From positions 1 to 40,849 of the forward strand of contig JBBMKC010021410.1 in the NCBI GenBank assembly GCA_037834085.1: DNA of 40,849 nucleotides. The letters run 5' to 3'. Position 1 is the first letter of the stretch. Each line of letters opens with the position of its first letter. Shown here one piece after another: positions 12,220-25,199 of the stretch. The DNA comes from Bipalium vagum (lineage: Eukaryota). The notes under the pieces are model-generated. The model saw only the letters and a program-made list of their open reading frames with translations, did not search any database and was not told the origin of the DNA. Made by a program: the position numbers and the translations under genes.

Positions 12220-14547
12220 TATATTAGGAAATAAATAATATTTCGACATCATATACTAATTTACAAATAAAATTACTTTATTTTATAAATTAATTAAACA
12301 ATGAAGGTATTACACCCCCTTTGGGGAAAAATTTTTCAAAAGAAAGATTATTTATTTAGATTTTTAATATTTGTATTATTATTTATTAATTCTTATATTT
12401 TGAAAATTATTATTTTAAATATTGATATTTTATTTTTATGTGTCTTATTACCTTTATAACAAATAAGTTTATTTATTTATTTTATTAATCTCATATAAGT
12501 GTAAAAACAAAATATATCATATTTATAATATAATAATATTTTTCGACACATAAGGCAAATAAACGTTTTTTATTCTTTGTCACAAACCTACTTTCGATAC
12601 TTTGAAAATGGTAATTAAAGGGGTCAGCTACTGGCAATAGTTCTAACATTTAACAAAATTGTCTTAGATCTCCCGGAAAAATGAGAGCGCCTCTTGTTTT
12701 AATTTAGGTATTTAGGAGAGAAGGTAATTTCTGAAAATATGCCTTCGAACCTGAAGTTTATTTTGTTATTGTACTTTTTCTAACAAAAATCTGGGTGTAT
12801 ATCTCTGTTTGGCACCATTTATAATTTATCCCATGAAAACAAGTCCTCTGGAAGTTTTCATTTTTAATAACTATACTTACTGATTCCAAAGCTTTTTTTT
12901 TTCTAAGGCTTCCAGCGCCGTTTTCTGATACACGGATATTATTCTTTCATAAAATAATTCACTTCAATTTTTAGATTTCCTTTAATTCTGCATCACTGAT
13001 TTTATTTTCTTAATTATAAATAATTATATAAATACAACCAGAAATTTTATAATTATTTTCATATTTAAAAATAATAATTTGCTTAAAAGACAAATTCAAT
13101 ATTATAATATATTATATAAAAACATGAATGATATTTTTATGTTAAAGTACGGTTCTAATACTTGTAAGAATCATAATGTAGTTAATTGACTAATAAGTAA
13201 CATTAGATTATAGTAAGATTTTAATTAAAATATAACTGTTAAAAAATGTTACTTTATTTAATAATTTAATTTTTATTTATGCGTATTAAGGGGCACTGGT
13301 TGTCCAATGAATTTTTAATACGATTTAATCGATATATTAATAATAAGTAATTGGATGATATTGACGATGAGAATAACCGTAATCAGTATTGATGAAGTTG
13401 AACAACTGCATTGGTTCTCACGCCAGCCCAAGAATTTCAAAAACCTTCTGATAATTTTATGTAGCGCTGGCCAGTTACTATGATTCCATGTGAATGTATA
13501 ATGAAGAGTACCAACACCCTGGTCATACTAGAACGGCCATAATGTCTAAAACAAAGTTCTGTGGGAGTCAGCCAATGAGCCAAACTCAAAAAATCCAGCC
13601 AATATTCAAATCCCAATCTAAAACAGTATTCTGTTGGACATCCATTTTGATCACATTTTGTTATAAACATATTCTTTTGATTTAATTAAATTTTGTTGTG
13701 AACATTAAAGAAAAAAATTCATTAATGTAATTTTTATATATTTTTTGGTGATCGAAAATTATTAATTATTTTTTGCAATAATGAAAATTAAAAAATATGG
13801 AAAAAACAATTGTAAATAATAAAAAAATCTAATGGTCATTTGTTTGGAAGATCTCGTGGACAGCAGAGGCGAGAGTCTAAAGAAACAAAAATAATAAAAA
13901 TAAAAATCAATAATTTTAATAGTGATAATAATTTTGAGATGTGATCTAAATAATATAAATAATATAAAAATATTACCGATGACCGGATCCGTGGGGTTCT
14001 TGGAGTCTGAAATAAGATAAAATACATAATATAAATAAAAAAACCGTCGGGTGACCTAGTGTCCGTATTTCTAAATAATAACATACATAAATGAATAGTA
14101 AGATACAAAAAACAAAATTAAATAATAAAAAATTGTATAATAAAAGTAATAATAAGAAGAGGAAATAAAACAATAATTAGAATTGTAAATAAGTAGTAAT
14201 AATAAAGTAGTTACATATAAAAAGAAAACTAGAATTACATCATCAATGTCGCAAAAAAAAATAAATAATAATGAGATGACGTCAATAGAAATAAAAAGCT
14301 TTTAAAAAATAGTATAAATTGATGGTTAGAAATTGACTTTTAGAACTTAAAATTAGTTTATTAAGAACTAATGAGGTCGATAAAAATTTTTAAAATATTA
14401 TTAAAAGACTTAGTTTATTACAACTAAACCAAATTGAGTTTATCAGAACTCTCATTAATTGTAAGTGAATTATTATAATCACAGATTTTAATTAAAATTA
14501 TTACTCAGAACAAGAATATGATTTCCCGTTTATGCTTTTATTTAATC

Positions 14548-15138
14548 TGTTGGCGCAACTCTTAACTACACTGAGGTTGCTGTTGGCCTATCTAAAGAGT
14601 TCGTATCTCACCCTCTAGCAAAAACACTAAAACAAGCACTATAAAAATTTATTAAATTAAATGACGGTAAAACCCTTTTAATTACAACAAACAAATTATA
14701 CCAGGCAGTCACTCCCAAGCAAACTGCAACAATTGACAGTCTCAACACAAACAAAATACTGCTCAGGCAGTCTAAAAACAACACACTCATTAATTAAAAA
14801 GCTTATATACTATTTTATTGTTCGTTTTAGCGTCTCTGATTGGCCAGTTAAGCTTTCAATCATGACGTACTTTAATAATTTAATTATTACTAAAAATAAA
14901 ATAAATTTTTAAAAATTATAATTTTAGATTTATAGGATGACATGCTACTAATTAGAAATCAGTAGTCGTTCCTAAAATAATATTGAAAATTTATTTTTTT
15001 AATGTATTTAATTAATTTTAAATTAATAATTAATAATTAAAATACCTAATTTTAAATTAGACAGTGTATTATTTAAATTTTATTTTTCGCCAAAATTTTA
15101 TTTACAGAAACTTATAAGATAGGGGTCAAACCTCAACA
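14548..15138. mobile_element. Solo-LTR-like repeat, copy 2 (internal deletion)
   Basis: TGTTGGCG...CCTCAACA termini and the shared core near 14830-14872. Flanks AATC/AATT are a near-match 4-bp duplication. Confidence 0.7.
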
Positions 15139-15399
15139 AATTAATAAATTTCTAGATTCTTCTTTTTGTTTTAGTTTCTGCCATTTACAGTCTGGTACAT
15201 TAATTATCATATTCTCTGTTTTTATCTTCAGGGCGAGTGCACTCTTTCTAGTGCAAATTGGTTTCTTCTTTAAATTAAAATAAGAAAAATTTCATTTTGA
15301 TCACCAACGTTTTATTGTAAAGATACATTTTGTAAATTTTTATAAATAAATAAAAATTTCTAAACTTGTTAGTTCGTTATTTTTTTGGTTTTTCTTGTA

Positions 15400-16100
15400 A
15401 TTGGTGCACTAACTTCAAAAATACATTGTAAGGAATTACATAAACCAATAAATTATACATACCAGCATTCAAAAACAAGCAGCTATTCGACCTCCACTAA
15501 AGCCACCTTAGAGTCAATCTATCAAGACCATCAATAATCTGGTTTATATATATCGAAAAAATCTGAATAAACATTGGCTAAGGAAAGTTAATTTATCATG
15601 TTACTCTTTAAGATTAACAATGACTCCATAATTAATAACTTCATTCTAATCTATTCCATTCGTCTAAAAGGTTCAAATATATTCAGTTACTGATAAATAA
15701 AGATTGATGGTTCAGTAGGAATCAAATAGATAGATATGAGGCCATTCAGAAAATCAAAAAAGAATCACGGGAGTTGAGAAACCAAGAAACCAGAAGGAAC
15801 TTTACAGTCAAAGACGCAGTCATGATTAGAGAAGAAGTTAGAACGATACCAGGGGTCATACGAAATTAAAAAGAAAATCCATGACAGATACGAATTGGAA
15901 GAAAGTTGTCAGGAACATTGAAAAGATCAATAAATTCTTTAAATAAGGGGGATGTGAGAATTAAAAACTTAAATAATTTTAATTAGTTTAAATATTTATT
16001 ATTTAAATTAATTTATTTGAATAATTGTTATATTAAAATACATAATTTCGAAATGACTCTTGATAACTTATCAACTGATATAAATGTGACTAACAATATT
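15400..16100 (+). mobile_element. Gypsy-like retrotransposon 3' remnant (integrase C-terminus, PPT, start of 3' LTR)
   Basis: RRNFTVKDAVMIREEV..YQGSYEIKKKIHDR..VRNIEKINKF resembles the GPY/F region. A polypurine tract AAGGGGGA is followed directly by TGTGAG at 15953. Boundaries are approximate. Confidence 0.6.
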
Positions 16101-17290
16101 CAGTTACTGATTATGTTGCTATGTTACCTCTGCATATATTACTTGTACAAGAAATTGTGTTTATCAAAGTGTATATGACAGTTTAAAAGTTAAAGTAAAA
16201 TAATTCAACTAAAGATTAAATGAAAAATTTTAAATCATTTTATTCAAATTAATTTTATCATTGGTTTTGATGAAATTCTTAAAATTTAAAATTTGCTTCA
16301 ACCCCGATTTCTTATAATCTAATACCAGTTGTTTCTAATGGCTACTTAGCTATAAATTTTAAAAAATTAAAATGAATTATAAAAATTATAACTAAATAGA
16401 ATATTCAACCTAATAAAACACAAGGGTCCTAGTAAATGTAGTATGTTTTTGTTTTTCCTGCCTAATAATTACTTGATTTTATGTAATAGTTGTAACTATG
16501 CTTAGAAAGACTTTTTTACTAAATAATTTTATTAAAAAATTATTAAAGTAGGCTTAATATTAATTATATAATTTTAAATGTCTTTTATTGCTTTAGAATT
16601 GTTAATTAAATTAAACTTGATTTTTATTTAAAAAATAATTTGTTCGTGAAATTTATTTATAAAAAATAATCAAATGAGTCAAAACAGTCAACAAAATCAT
16701 TGAAGAAATTCATTTCGAAATTTCCCAGAATTGTTCCCCCACTAACTTTAGAATAATTTTTGGTTCTCTTTCAAATGGCACTCCGCTTCTCTCATTGTCA
16801 ACAAGCCCTGTAGTGACGGTCTCCATAAAGTATTTCAATCCATCATTGTGAAATTGAAAATCACCACAACACTTTTTTGAGAATGTTACTATAAAAGAAA
16901 ATAAAACATTGCCCAAGAAAAGCCAATCTACGGAAACAGGGCTCATGTAATGACTAATTAGAATTTTATTTCATTCACAAAATGAGGTCAAATGTATTTG
17001 GTTAATATTAAGTTACCTAAACTGTATTTGTACTCAAAACCGAGATATAATTTGTTTCTAAGCGACGAGATTCAGCATTTTTCCTTTGTTTCCTATTGAT
17101 TATCAATCGATAAAGACCAAAGTGGTATTTTAAACTTAAACCTAAAGGGATAAAGATAATGATGAAGCACTTTTATTCTGATTTCCCACCAATCGTCCTC
17201 AATTAAATGAAAAACAAATTTTGATCAGATATCGGTCGTAATAAAAACGCGATAAAAACCGTAATATTGTATTACCAAGTTCCCAGCGTA

Positions 17291-18417
17291 TCAAGCCTTG
17301 AAAAACAAGTTTTCGCTGTTTGCATACAAGATCTCGCAGATTGTGTCGGGTTCTTCCATCCTGATTCCACAAAGAATTTCAAATATCTGCAAAATGTTGG
17401 CAGGCTCGTTTCTGCCTTTGACTGCAACTAGAGGATCCCATCGTTCCTTTTTGCAAGAGTCCATAAACGTTTTCACGTACTTGTAGCCTAAGCACGTTTT
17501 AGAATATAAAGAACTTGAATTATTTGGAACACGTGCTCACCTGCATGACTAGGGCGGACATCGCACCATGGAGAGTCGGTCTCGATCACCAAGCGGTCCA
17601 GAGGCAGCATTTTTATTACTTCTAGATTGGCTTCAGTCTTCAAGCTGCAGCCGTTTATGCCCAGATAAAATCCCATGGCTATCAATTGCTGCCCCTGTTC
17701 CAAACTACCATCAAAAGTATGAATTAAACCTGGTTTATCAGCCAATAATTGGCTGCTGTATTTATCCAATATTGATATCAGGTCATCGTGAGCTGCTCTA
17801 CAATGCAGATATAGAGGCAACTTTACCTCTATTGCCAAATGTATTTGCTTTTCGAAAAAGGTCTTCTGAATATCCCTCGAGCAAAACGTTTCTCTAAATA
17901 TTACATTGATAATATATTTTTAAAAATTCTAATGATTAGATCTAAGAGTGATTTAGATCACCTTTAGTTTTTGGAATTATTTCAAAGATCCAATCATTTA
18001 ATCACCTTTAATTAATTTTACCTGTCATAATCTAGACCACACTCTCCAATTGCTGAAACCCTTCCTCTATTTTCAAGAACAAGTGATTTCAATTTACTTA
18101 AATAGCCCTCATAATCATCAATAAATTCTTTACAATTAGTTGGATGACAACCAATTGTTACTCTTAATCCGTTATCCATATTCGATAATTTTAATGACTC
18201 ATAGGAATCAGATAATGAACCTTTATACAAAATGAAATTTCCAAAAATTTATGAAAAATTTAAAATTACCGCTGAGAAGAAGGAGTTTTACGACTCCGGA
18301 ATTGAGAGCCCTGTTTATCACATTTAATATATCTTCTTGATGCTTAACTTTTCCATTATATACCCCTTTATACATCTGATCTGTTAAATTTACCCCAACA
18401 TCAATAAATCTTCTCAT
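17291..18417 (-). CDS. TATDN1: TatD-family deoxyribonuclease TATDN1 (~298 aa); exons 18417-18270, 18220-18022, 17893-17541, 17487-17291
   Basis: Three GT-AG introns (49, 128, 53 nt) join four ORF fragments in frame (897 nt). Motifs FIDVGVNLTD.MYKG.Y, AIGECGLDYDR, LPLYLHCR, LIHTFDG, GINGCSLKT, IETDSPWC, KGRNEP are all present, and the metal-binding E/H/H/D residues are intact. Confidence 0.95.
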
Positions 18418-18978
18418 TATAAAAGTCAATTAATTAAAAAAAATTTTAAATTAAAATAGTAAATATCATTATTAAAACACGTAAAACTTGTTATTTGGAA
18501 AACTAATTTATTTTTTAAAAAAATTAAACTTATAGAAATAATGTAATTTAAGAATCAAATTAGGAAAAATCAGAAATTGTAAACAATAATTAAATAAGAC
18601 AGCAGAAAAATTATAATGAAATCTAAATATAAAAATATTTCATAATTATTAACTTAAATTTGAAAATTTAGAGAAGTTACAAATGAATATATTTGATAAT
18701 AATAAACTAAAAAATATTTTAATTCTAAGAGTATATTAAAATAGCATTGATTCATTTCAAGAATTTCAAGAAGCTAGCGGAAGATCTGAGAAGTATTAAA
18801 GTTATGATATTTTTTTTGGCTCAGCTTACGATCTATTGGTTAAAGATCCTTATTAATGTTGAGTATTTTTCTTTGATATTTTTGCTTTCTTTTCGTGTGT
18901 CTCATGTATCATAATTAACATTTTATAGATTATTCTTTAATTAATTTTATTGATTTGTAATTGCTTTAATAATACATC

Positions 18979-19670
18979 TGTTTGCGCCACTCATGTGCAG
19001 CTCACTTAGTCATAATTGAAGTTGCTGTGAGCTAACCTAAAGAGCTATCTCAACCTCTAACGAAACACTAAAACGAACCCTTAAAATTTAATACAAATAA
19101 AATAAGTGGATAAACAGTTTTCATTTACAACAACCAAAAAAGAACACGCAGAAGTCACACGAAATCCTCAGGCAGTCACTTACGATAAACAAAAAAATCA
19201 GACAGTCTCTCAAGCACAATCTAATTAAAACCTGTGCGAGGAAAAACCATTGTCAGCAAAAAAATATCAATTAAAAAAATCAAGTTTTCCTGATAATTTT
19301 CTGGGCCAAAAAAATGGATTTTTGCTGGCTTATATACTATTTTGCAGTTTATTTTAGCGTCTCTGGTTGGCCAGTTAAGCTGTCAATCATGACATACTTT
19401 CTATAATTAATTTTTACCAAGATAACTTTAAATTCTGAAAATTTCTAGAAATGTTAATCAAAGAATTTTAGGATAACATACTGCTGATTAAAAATCAATA
19501 GTTGCTCTTAAAATTATATTTTTAATTAATTTTTTTAAAAATTATTTAATTAATTTGAATTAACAATTATTAATTAAAAAACCTAATTTTAATTTAGCCT
19601 ACATGTTATTAAATTTTATTTTTCAGAAAAATTTTATTTAAAAAGCTTAAAGATGAGTCGAACATCAAAA
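18979..19670. mobile_element. Solo-LTR-like repeat, copy 3
   Basis: TGTTTGCG...CATCAAAA (degenerate CCTCAACA) termini, shared core near 19357-19400. Flanks CATC/CATT are a near-match. Confidence 0.68.
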
Positions 19671-20167
19671 CATTGATATTTCTTTTAAATCGATGATGGA
19701 GACATTAATCTAATGATATATCTATTTTTGACATTAATTATAATTTTGTTTTTATTTATTGTATTTTACAAAACCCGTATTTGTAATCAATGCGAGTTTG
19801 TTTTTAGTGTTCATGAATTGATAATTTCCTTTAGAGTGATAATTATTTAATAATAATAAGAGAGCGTTTTTATTGAAAATGAGTATAAATGATAAAAATT
19901 TAATAATTTTTAAAATAAAGGTTTCCACTTTTTATCATTGGCACAAGATTTTTTATGGGTTTTCATATATTTATGACTACGAATCATTTTTTTCCATCAG
20001 GTTATATTAAATTGTTTTTTATACGAACTATTTTGTCGAGTTTCTTTTTCTTTTAAAACGTTTTCTTGCTACTCTATCTGAAATAAATATTTAAATCTTT
20101 TTTGAAATTAATTTTTAGACATTTCTGTTATTTACATGATGTAATTGTTATACAACAATATATATTT

Positions 20168-20302
20168 NNNNNNNNNNNNNNNNNNNNNNNNNNNNNNNNN
20201 NNNNNNNNNNNNNNNNNNNNNNNNNNNNNNNNNNNNNNNNNNNNNNNNNNNNNNNNNNNNNNNNNNNNNNNNNNNNNNNNNNNNNNNNNNNNNNNNNNNN
20301 NN
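20168..20302. other. Assembly gap (135 N)
   Basis: Run of N. Confidence 1.
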
Positions 20303-21987
20303 TTAATAAAAAATGTCATGTTTGATAAGCGAAATTGAAAAAATCATTAATGTTTGTGTTAAAAATTAAAATATATTACTTATAGCAAAATAGTAATATT
20401 TTTTATAAAACTATATTTCTGTAGTTTTGCTAAAATCTTTATTACACAAAAATATTTCAATTTTTACCATTTTTAAGATATATATAATCATGCTCTAAGC
20501 CTTGATTTTAAAAGAATCTTATATATACAGGAAAATATTAAAACTCTTGCCTATAAACAGAAAAAAATCAAGCTAAAAATTATACTTTAAATAATTTGCT
20601 TATCACGAAAAAATTACTCACAAAAATATTGATTGAAACAATTACAGGAACTTATTAAAGAGAAAGGACACCAATATCAACCAAAAACAACTGATTATGT
20701 ACGATCCTAAAAATGGTGACAAAGCTACCTCATGGGATCTGAAAAATCGAAACTTTTATTTAATAGAAAATTGTGAAAGAGAATTATATGATAGGAAAGT
20801 GTTGATCCACTAATCACCATAGTAATATAATACCACCTAAAGAAGACAGGAAGCTGAAATTAATTGATTAATAAGCTTAAATAAAAAATAAAAATTTTGT
20901 TTGTATATTAGTTAAGAACTTCAATTGTTCGATGTTCAATTTGATTGATTTTCAATTCAAAATTCAACAGATTAGTATTCACACAAATTTTATTCTTCAA
21001 ATGCAGAACGACGAATAATTTAACAATATTAATTTTTTCTACTTAAAATTAAAATTTTTTTAAAAAATATTTTAAGTCTAATTAAATTTAAATAAAAAAT
21101 TTGAGATGAAAAGATCAAAAAAGATTAATTATTCAATTATATAAAGGTAAGAGACAAAAAAGCATCAAAAAACATAAGAAATGGGAAAAAAGAAGAACAG
21201 ATATTTAGATGCCCAAAAATTAAATAAACTTAACAGTTTTGATGATTTTAAAGAAACGTGATGTAAGATCATAAAACTGAGTGGCGAATAAAATTCTGGT
21301 TTATAATATGAATTTTTCATAAAACTTCAGGATTTGTTGCATAGTATCAAGATTCATTGGTAATAATTTTTTAAAAAAATAATTCACTTCTAAAATTTTT
21401 AAGGAAATTAGTTGTAGAATAGCACAAAACAGAATTAGTGTTTAAAATAAATAACTGTCATCAACTTCAAGAGAAATTTAGTATTACTTTGCAAAAATTA
21501 GTAAAACTGATAAATTATGAAATAACATGATTACTTCGTAATTTTATAACGAAAATAATAATTTCCTCAAAATCTAATTATTTCCATAAAATATTTGATA
21601 TTTCCATACAATGATTAATTTTAAATATCGACTCAGAGCGAATAATTATTGATTTTTTCTAATTACTTAAGATTTCGGACATTTGAGTAGCATAAAATTT
21701 ACTATTAAAATTTGAATAAAAATTAAAATAAAAGTAATTTTTAAAAATTGATTGTTTTAACTTAAAAGTTTCTTTCTTGTATATTATTTAAAATTTTTAA
21801 AACTAAAAAAAATTCATTGACTGAAATATTATATAATTCACACATGTGACATAATAGTAACACGCCGCTTCAAAAACTAAACGCAAATAATATATATTTA
21901 TTAAGAAAACTGTGTAAATGGTTCTATGAGAATTTTTTTCTATCACATAAAGAAAAATGGGAAAATAACATTTCAATTTAACTGGCC

Positions 21988-22934
21988 TCAAATAATTTGT
22001 TGTTGTTTTATAAAATTTTCAATCATCACATCAGTTTTTGTTCCCAGAACAGCTGCCAATCTTTGGTAGTTATATCCATAGTCCAACAATCCTCGATAGA
22101 GAAGTTGAAAATCTTTTTCAGTCCAAAAATCAACGATCTAAAATAATGATGAAGATTCAGATAATATTGATTAGTTTTTTTTACTCCATTGAACTCTGAT
22201 ATGATTATACAGTCGTCATCGTCATCGTCATCTTCAATTTCGATCAATTCTTCCACTTTTACAGCATCACGAGTTTTAAAAGAAACAATTTTTTCGAAAT
22301 CTTCTTCTGATGGAAGTGATTGCAATTTCTTTATTTGTCTTTTATATTTTGCGATTTTCCTCTTAATCTTCAACTTGTTGCGCATGTAGAAATCAAGAAT
22401 TTCGCCCATATTGCAATCTGGAAACTATTTAATTTATTAAAAAAAGATTCTTTAAGATCAATACTTCTGACAAAATTTTATTAAAGCAGCGTCTGCGATT
22501 TCTTCCATATCGTCTGTTTCCAGTAATAATTTTACTAAACTGATTTGATATTTCAATTGCATTTCCATCACATAGTCTTTTTGGTCTTTTGATACAATTA
22601 AAGGAATTTGAAGCTTTATTTATGTTATAATTGTTCTTCATTAAGAGTGATAATGCTTCTTCTTCTGAAAGGCTATTTACTCTTTTATAAAGTAACTTAA
22701 AAATATTTCATATACCTTTTTCTTTTAGCTATTAATAAATAGGATTCAACTTGGTTTTGATCAAAATCAGGTGGTGGAACCCATAAAGGAATTTCATTAT
22801 TTTCATTCTGAGTTAAAAGACTTTCAATTAACATGTCTTTGCTTTTAAACTCTGGTAAAGTAGCTAATTTATATTTATATAATAATAAATTATATAATAA
22901 GAAAATTTTAAAAATTAATACCTTCTTTCAACAT
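21988..22934 (-). CDS. CoREST/RCOR-like ELM2-SANT-SANT protein, paralog A (~252 aa); exons 22934-22922, 22863-22716, 22672-22465, 22424-22185, 22137-21988
   Basis: Four GT-AG introns (58, 43, 40, 47 nt) give an open 759-nt CDS. ELM2-like ATLPEF...LWVPPPDFDQNQVESYLLIAKRKSLSEEEALSLLMKNNYNINKA, SANT1 end RCFNKILSEFPDCNMGEILDFY, SANT2 FWTEKDFQLLYRGLLDYGYNYQRLAAVLGTKTDVMIENF. Confidence 0.78.
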
Positions 22935-25199
22935 ATCGGTTATATTAAAAATTGTAATATTTAAACAACGTTACTGGTTTATAAAAATATTAATTTCTAT
23001 ATTTCTTTAAAATTTAAAATTTTAAAATTAGTGCAAATTTCATGTAACTTATGATTAATACAAAACAGGAATTTAAGTTTCCGAAAATTTAAGTATTTTT
23101 TCGGAAACATTGGTGTTAAACAGTTTAAATCATTTAATTAAATTCGACAATTTTGCTGAAAATACAATATAATATTTTTATAAAATTAAGAAAATATCAA
23201 GGTTTTAATATACATTATTTTAATTCTTTCACAGCGGATAAGTATTTCAGTCATCTTATTTTCAATTATATTTAAATATTATTATTTAAATATTATATTT
23301 TTAGATACGTAAATAATGTTTTTTTACATATATTTACTTTAATTTAATTCTTTCTTATTTAAAAATTCAATACTAATTAATTAATTTAATGGTTGTGGCT
23401 TTATTATACTCTTAAGAAGTTACATAATATATTCAAAAAATTATTATTTTTCCTTTAAAACTTCAATTTATTTAATATTTCGATTTCAAAATTCTTAATT
23501 CCAAAAAGCTATATATCACGGCTATATTTCAGTGTTAAACATTGTACTATTTTTAAAAAATAATTTACATGTTGCAGAAATCAGGGCTCAATATTATGGA
23601 AATCGTTTAAATTGTATCCATTTTCGTTTTATTCCTTCTTTTCTGTTTATTTTGTTGAAGTTTTTTAAATTTTATATACGTGCAATTCTTTTTCAAAGTA
23701 TTAAAAAATTTAGGGATCATTTAAGAACTTAAAAGTACATTATTCACAGAGATAAATGTTGGATAATAACTAAATAAGAAAAACATTTAAGAAGTCTTAA
23801 TTTTTTTAAGGGTTACATAATACTTTAAAGAAAGTTGTGTAAGGAATAAAAAAAGGAACATATAAATAAATAATTAGTTGCCAATTAAATAATTCTTAAC
23901 AATATGCCTTTTAAAAATAGAAATTGTATCATTTAGAAAAAAACAGAAATGCTGTGGTTGGTCCTAGAATGTGGGGATAAAGTAAAACTTAATAATAATA
24001 AATAAACAAAAAAATATACCAATAATAATAACAATAATAATAACCAATAGTAGTTGTGGCGTTAATAATGATAATAAAAAATAATAAATGATTTTTTTAA
24101 TAATAGTAAGATGTATTTTTAATAATAATTATGAATAATTACTTTTTGCATGATTAGTTATCAATTGATAAGATTTTTCATTTTATCTAGGTATAAAGTG
24201 ATTTACGAAAAGAAATTCACTAGGATTAATAAAATTCAATTGATTTCTCAGTTAATGGCCATCGATATCTAATAATACTGCCAAGAGAAATTATTTTCTT
24301 TGAGGTTGCATTGACTGCCAAAGTTAACAAATCACAGGAGCTGTGAACATAAAGATCTCAGTTGATTTATAGAGGCATCGGAAAAAATGACTTTAACTTT
24401 AAAAGAAGAATTGAAAATTGATTGAAATGCAAAGGATATTCATAAAAAAGATACTAGTTTAGAAATTTTCTGAAAAGAGAAAAGAAAAATATTAAAAAAA
24501 AATTTTTTTTACTGGAATCTTGCTCCGGATTACAAAGAAGATTATCTATCAATATTTTTTTCGAAGAAAAATTCAAAGTAAATTCGATTTTGCTGATAAT
24601 AAATATTGGATCATTTTTAAGTTCCCCACCAGGGGGCTATATATCTGAGAAACTGGAAAGGCTCAGCTGATATATCGGGAAGATTAAACGAAGCTAAACT
24701 GTAAGATAGTTCTATATTATTTTTTTATATTAATTTATTTATTATTTTTCTATTGTTTTCTTTAAAGTTTATTCGTTTATTATTTCAGTATAATTTTTGT
24801 TTTATTTAATTAATTGACATTTGATTTTTCAACTAACATTTTGTTTGATATATATAATTGATCGTTATTACCCAAGATCTTCAAGACATTTTTGTGACCC
24901 CTTGTTGAGTTTGGAAAACTAAACATGATCTCATATTTTTAATTCTTCCTTTTTTCATTCTGATTTTTTCAATATATACTGCGTTTCAATATCATATTTT
25001 TGAATAAATATTTTTAATAATATGTGAAATACTCTTAAATAAATGTATTCTTTCTTTGTAGTATTTTATCTTATATTAAAATTATATAAAAAATTGTGCA
25101 ACCTCTACGAATTTTTAAAACGTTTTTGTTAGTAATTAATAATAATTCATAATTTTAGAAACATATTTACCTTTATAATATCATCTAATAGGAAGCTGA

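Noticed and set aside
12300-13700. Possible transposase debris (MULE, Merlin or Tc-like hints)
   Set aside because: Motifs are too weak and out of order to assign a family.
16710-16946. 78-aa minus-strand ORF downstream of TATDN1
   Set aside because: No recognisable motif or supported splice structure; it could be a small exon or TE debris but cannot be called.
17159-17182. ATGATGA...CTGA as a C/D-box snoRNA
   Set aside because: The boxes are only about 12 nt apart, too short for a snoRNA.
20102-20338. ORFs spanning the N run
   Set aside because: Artefacts of the assembly gap.
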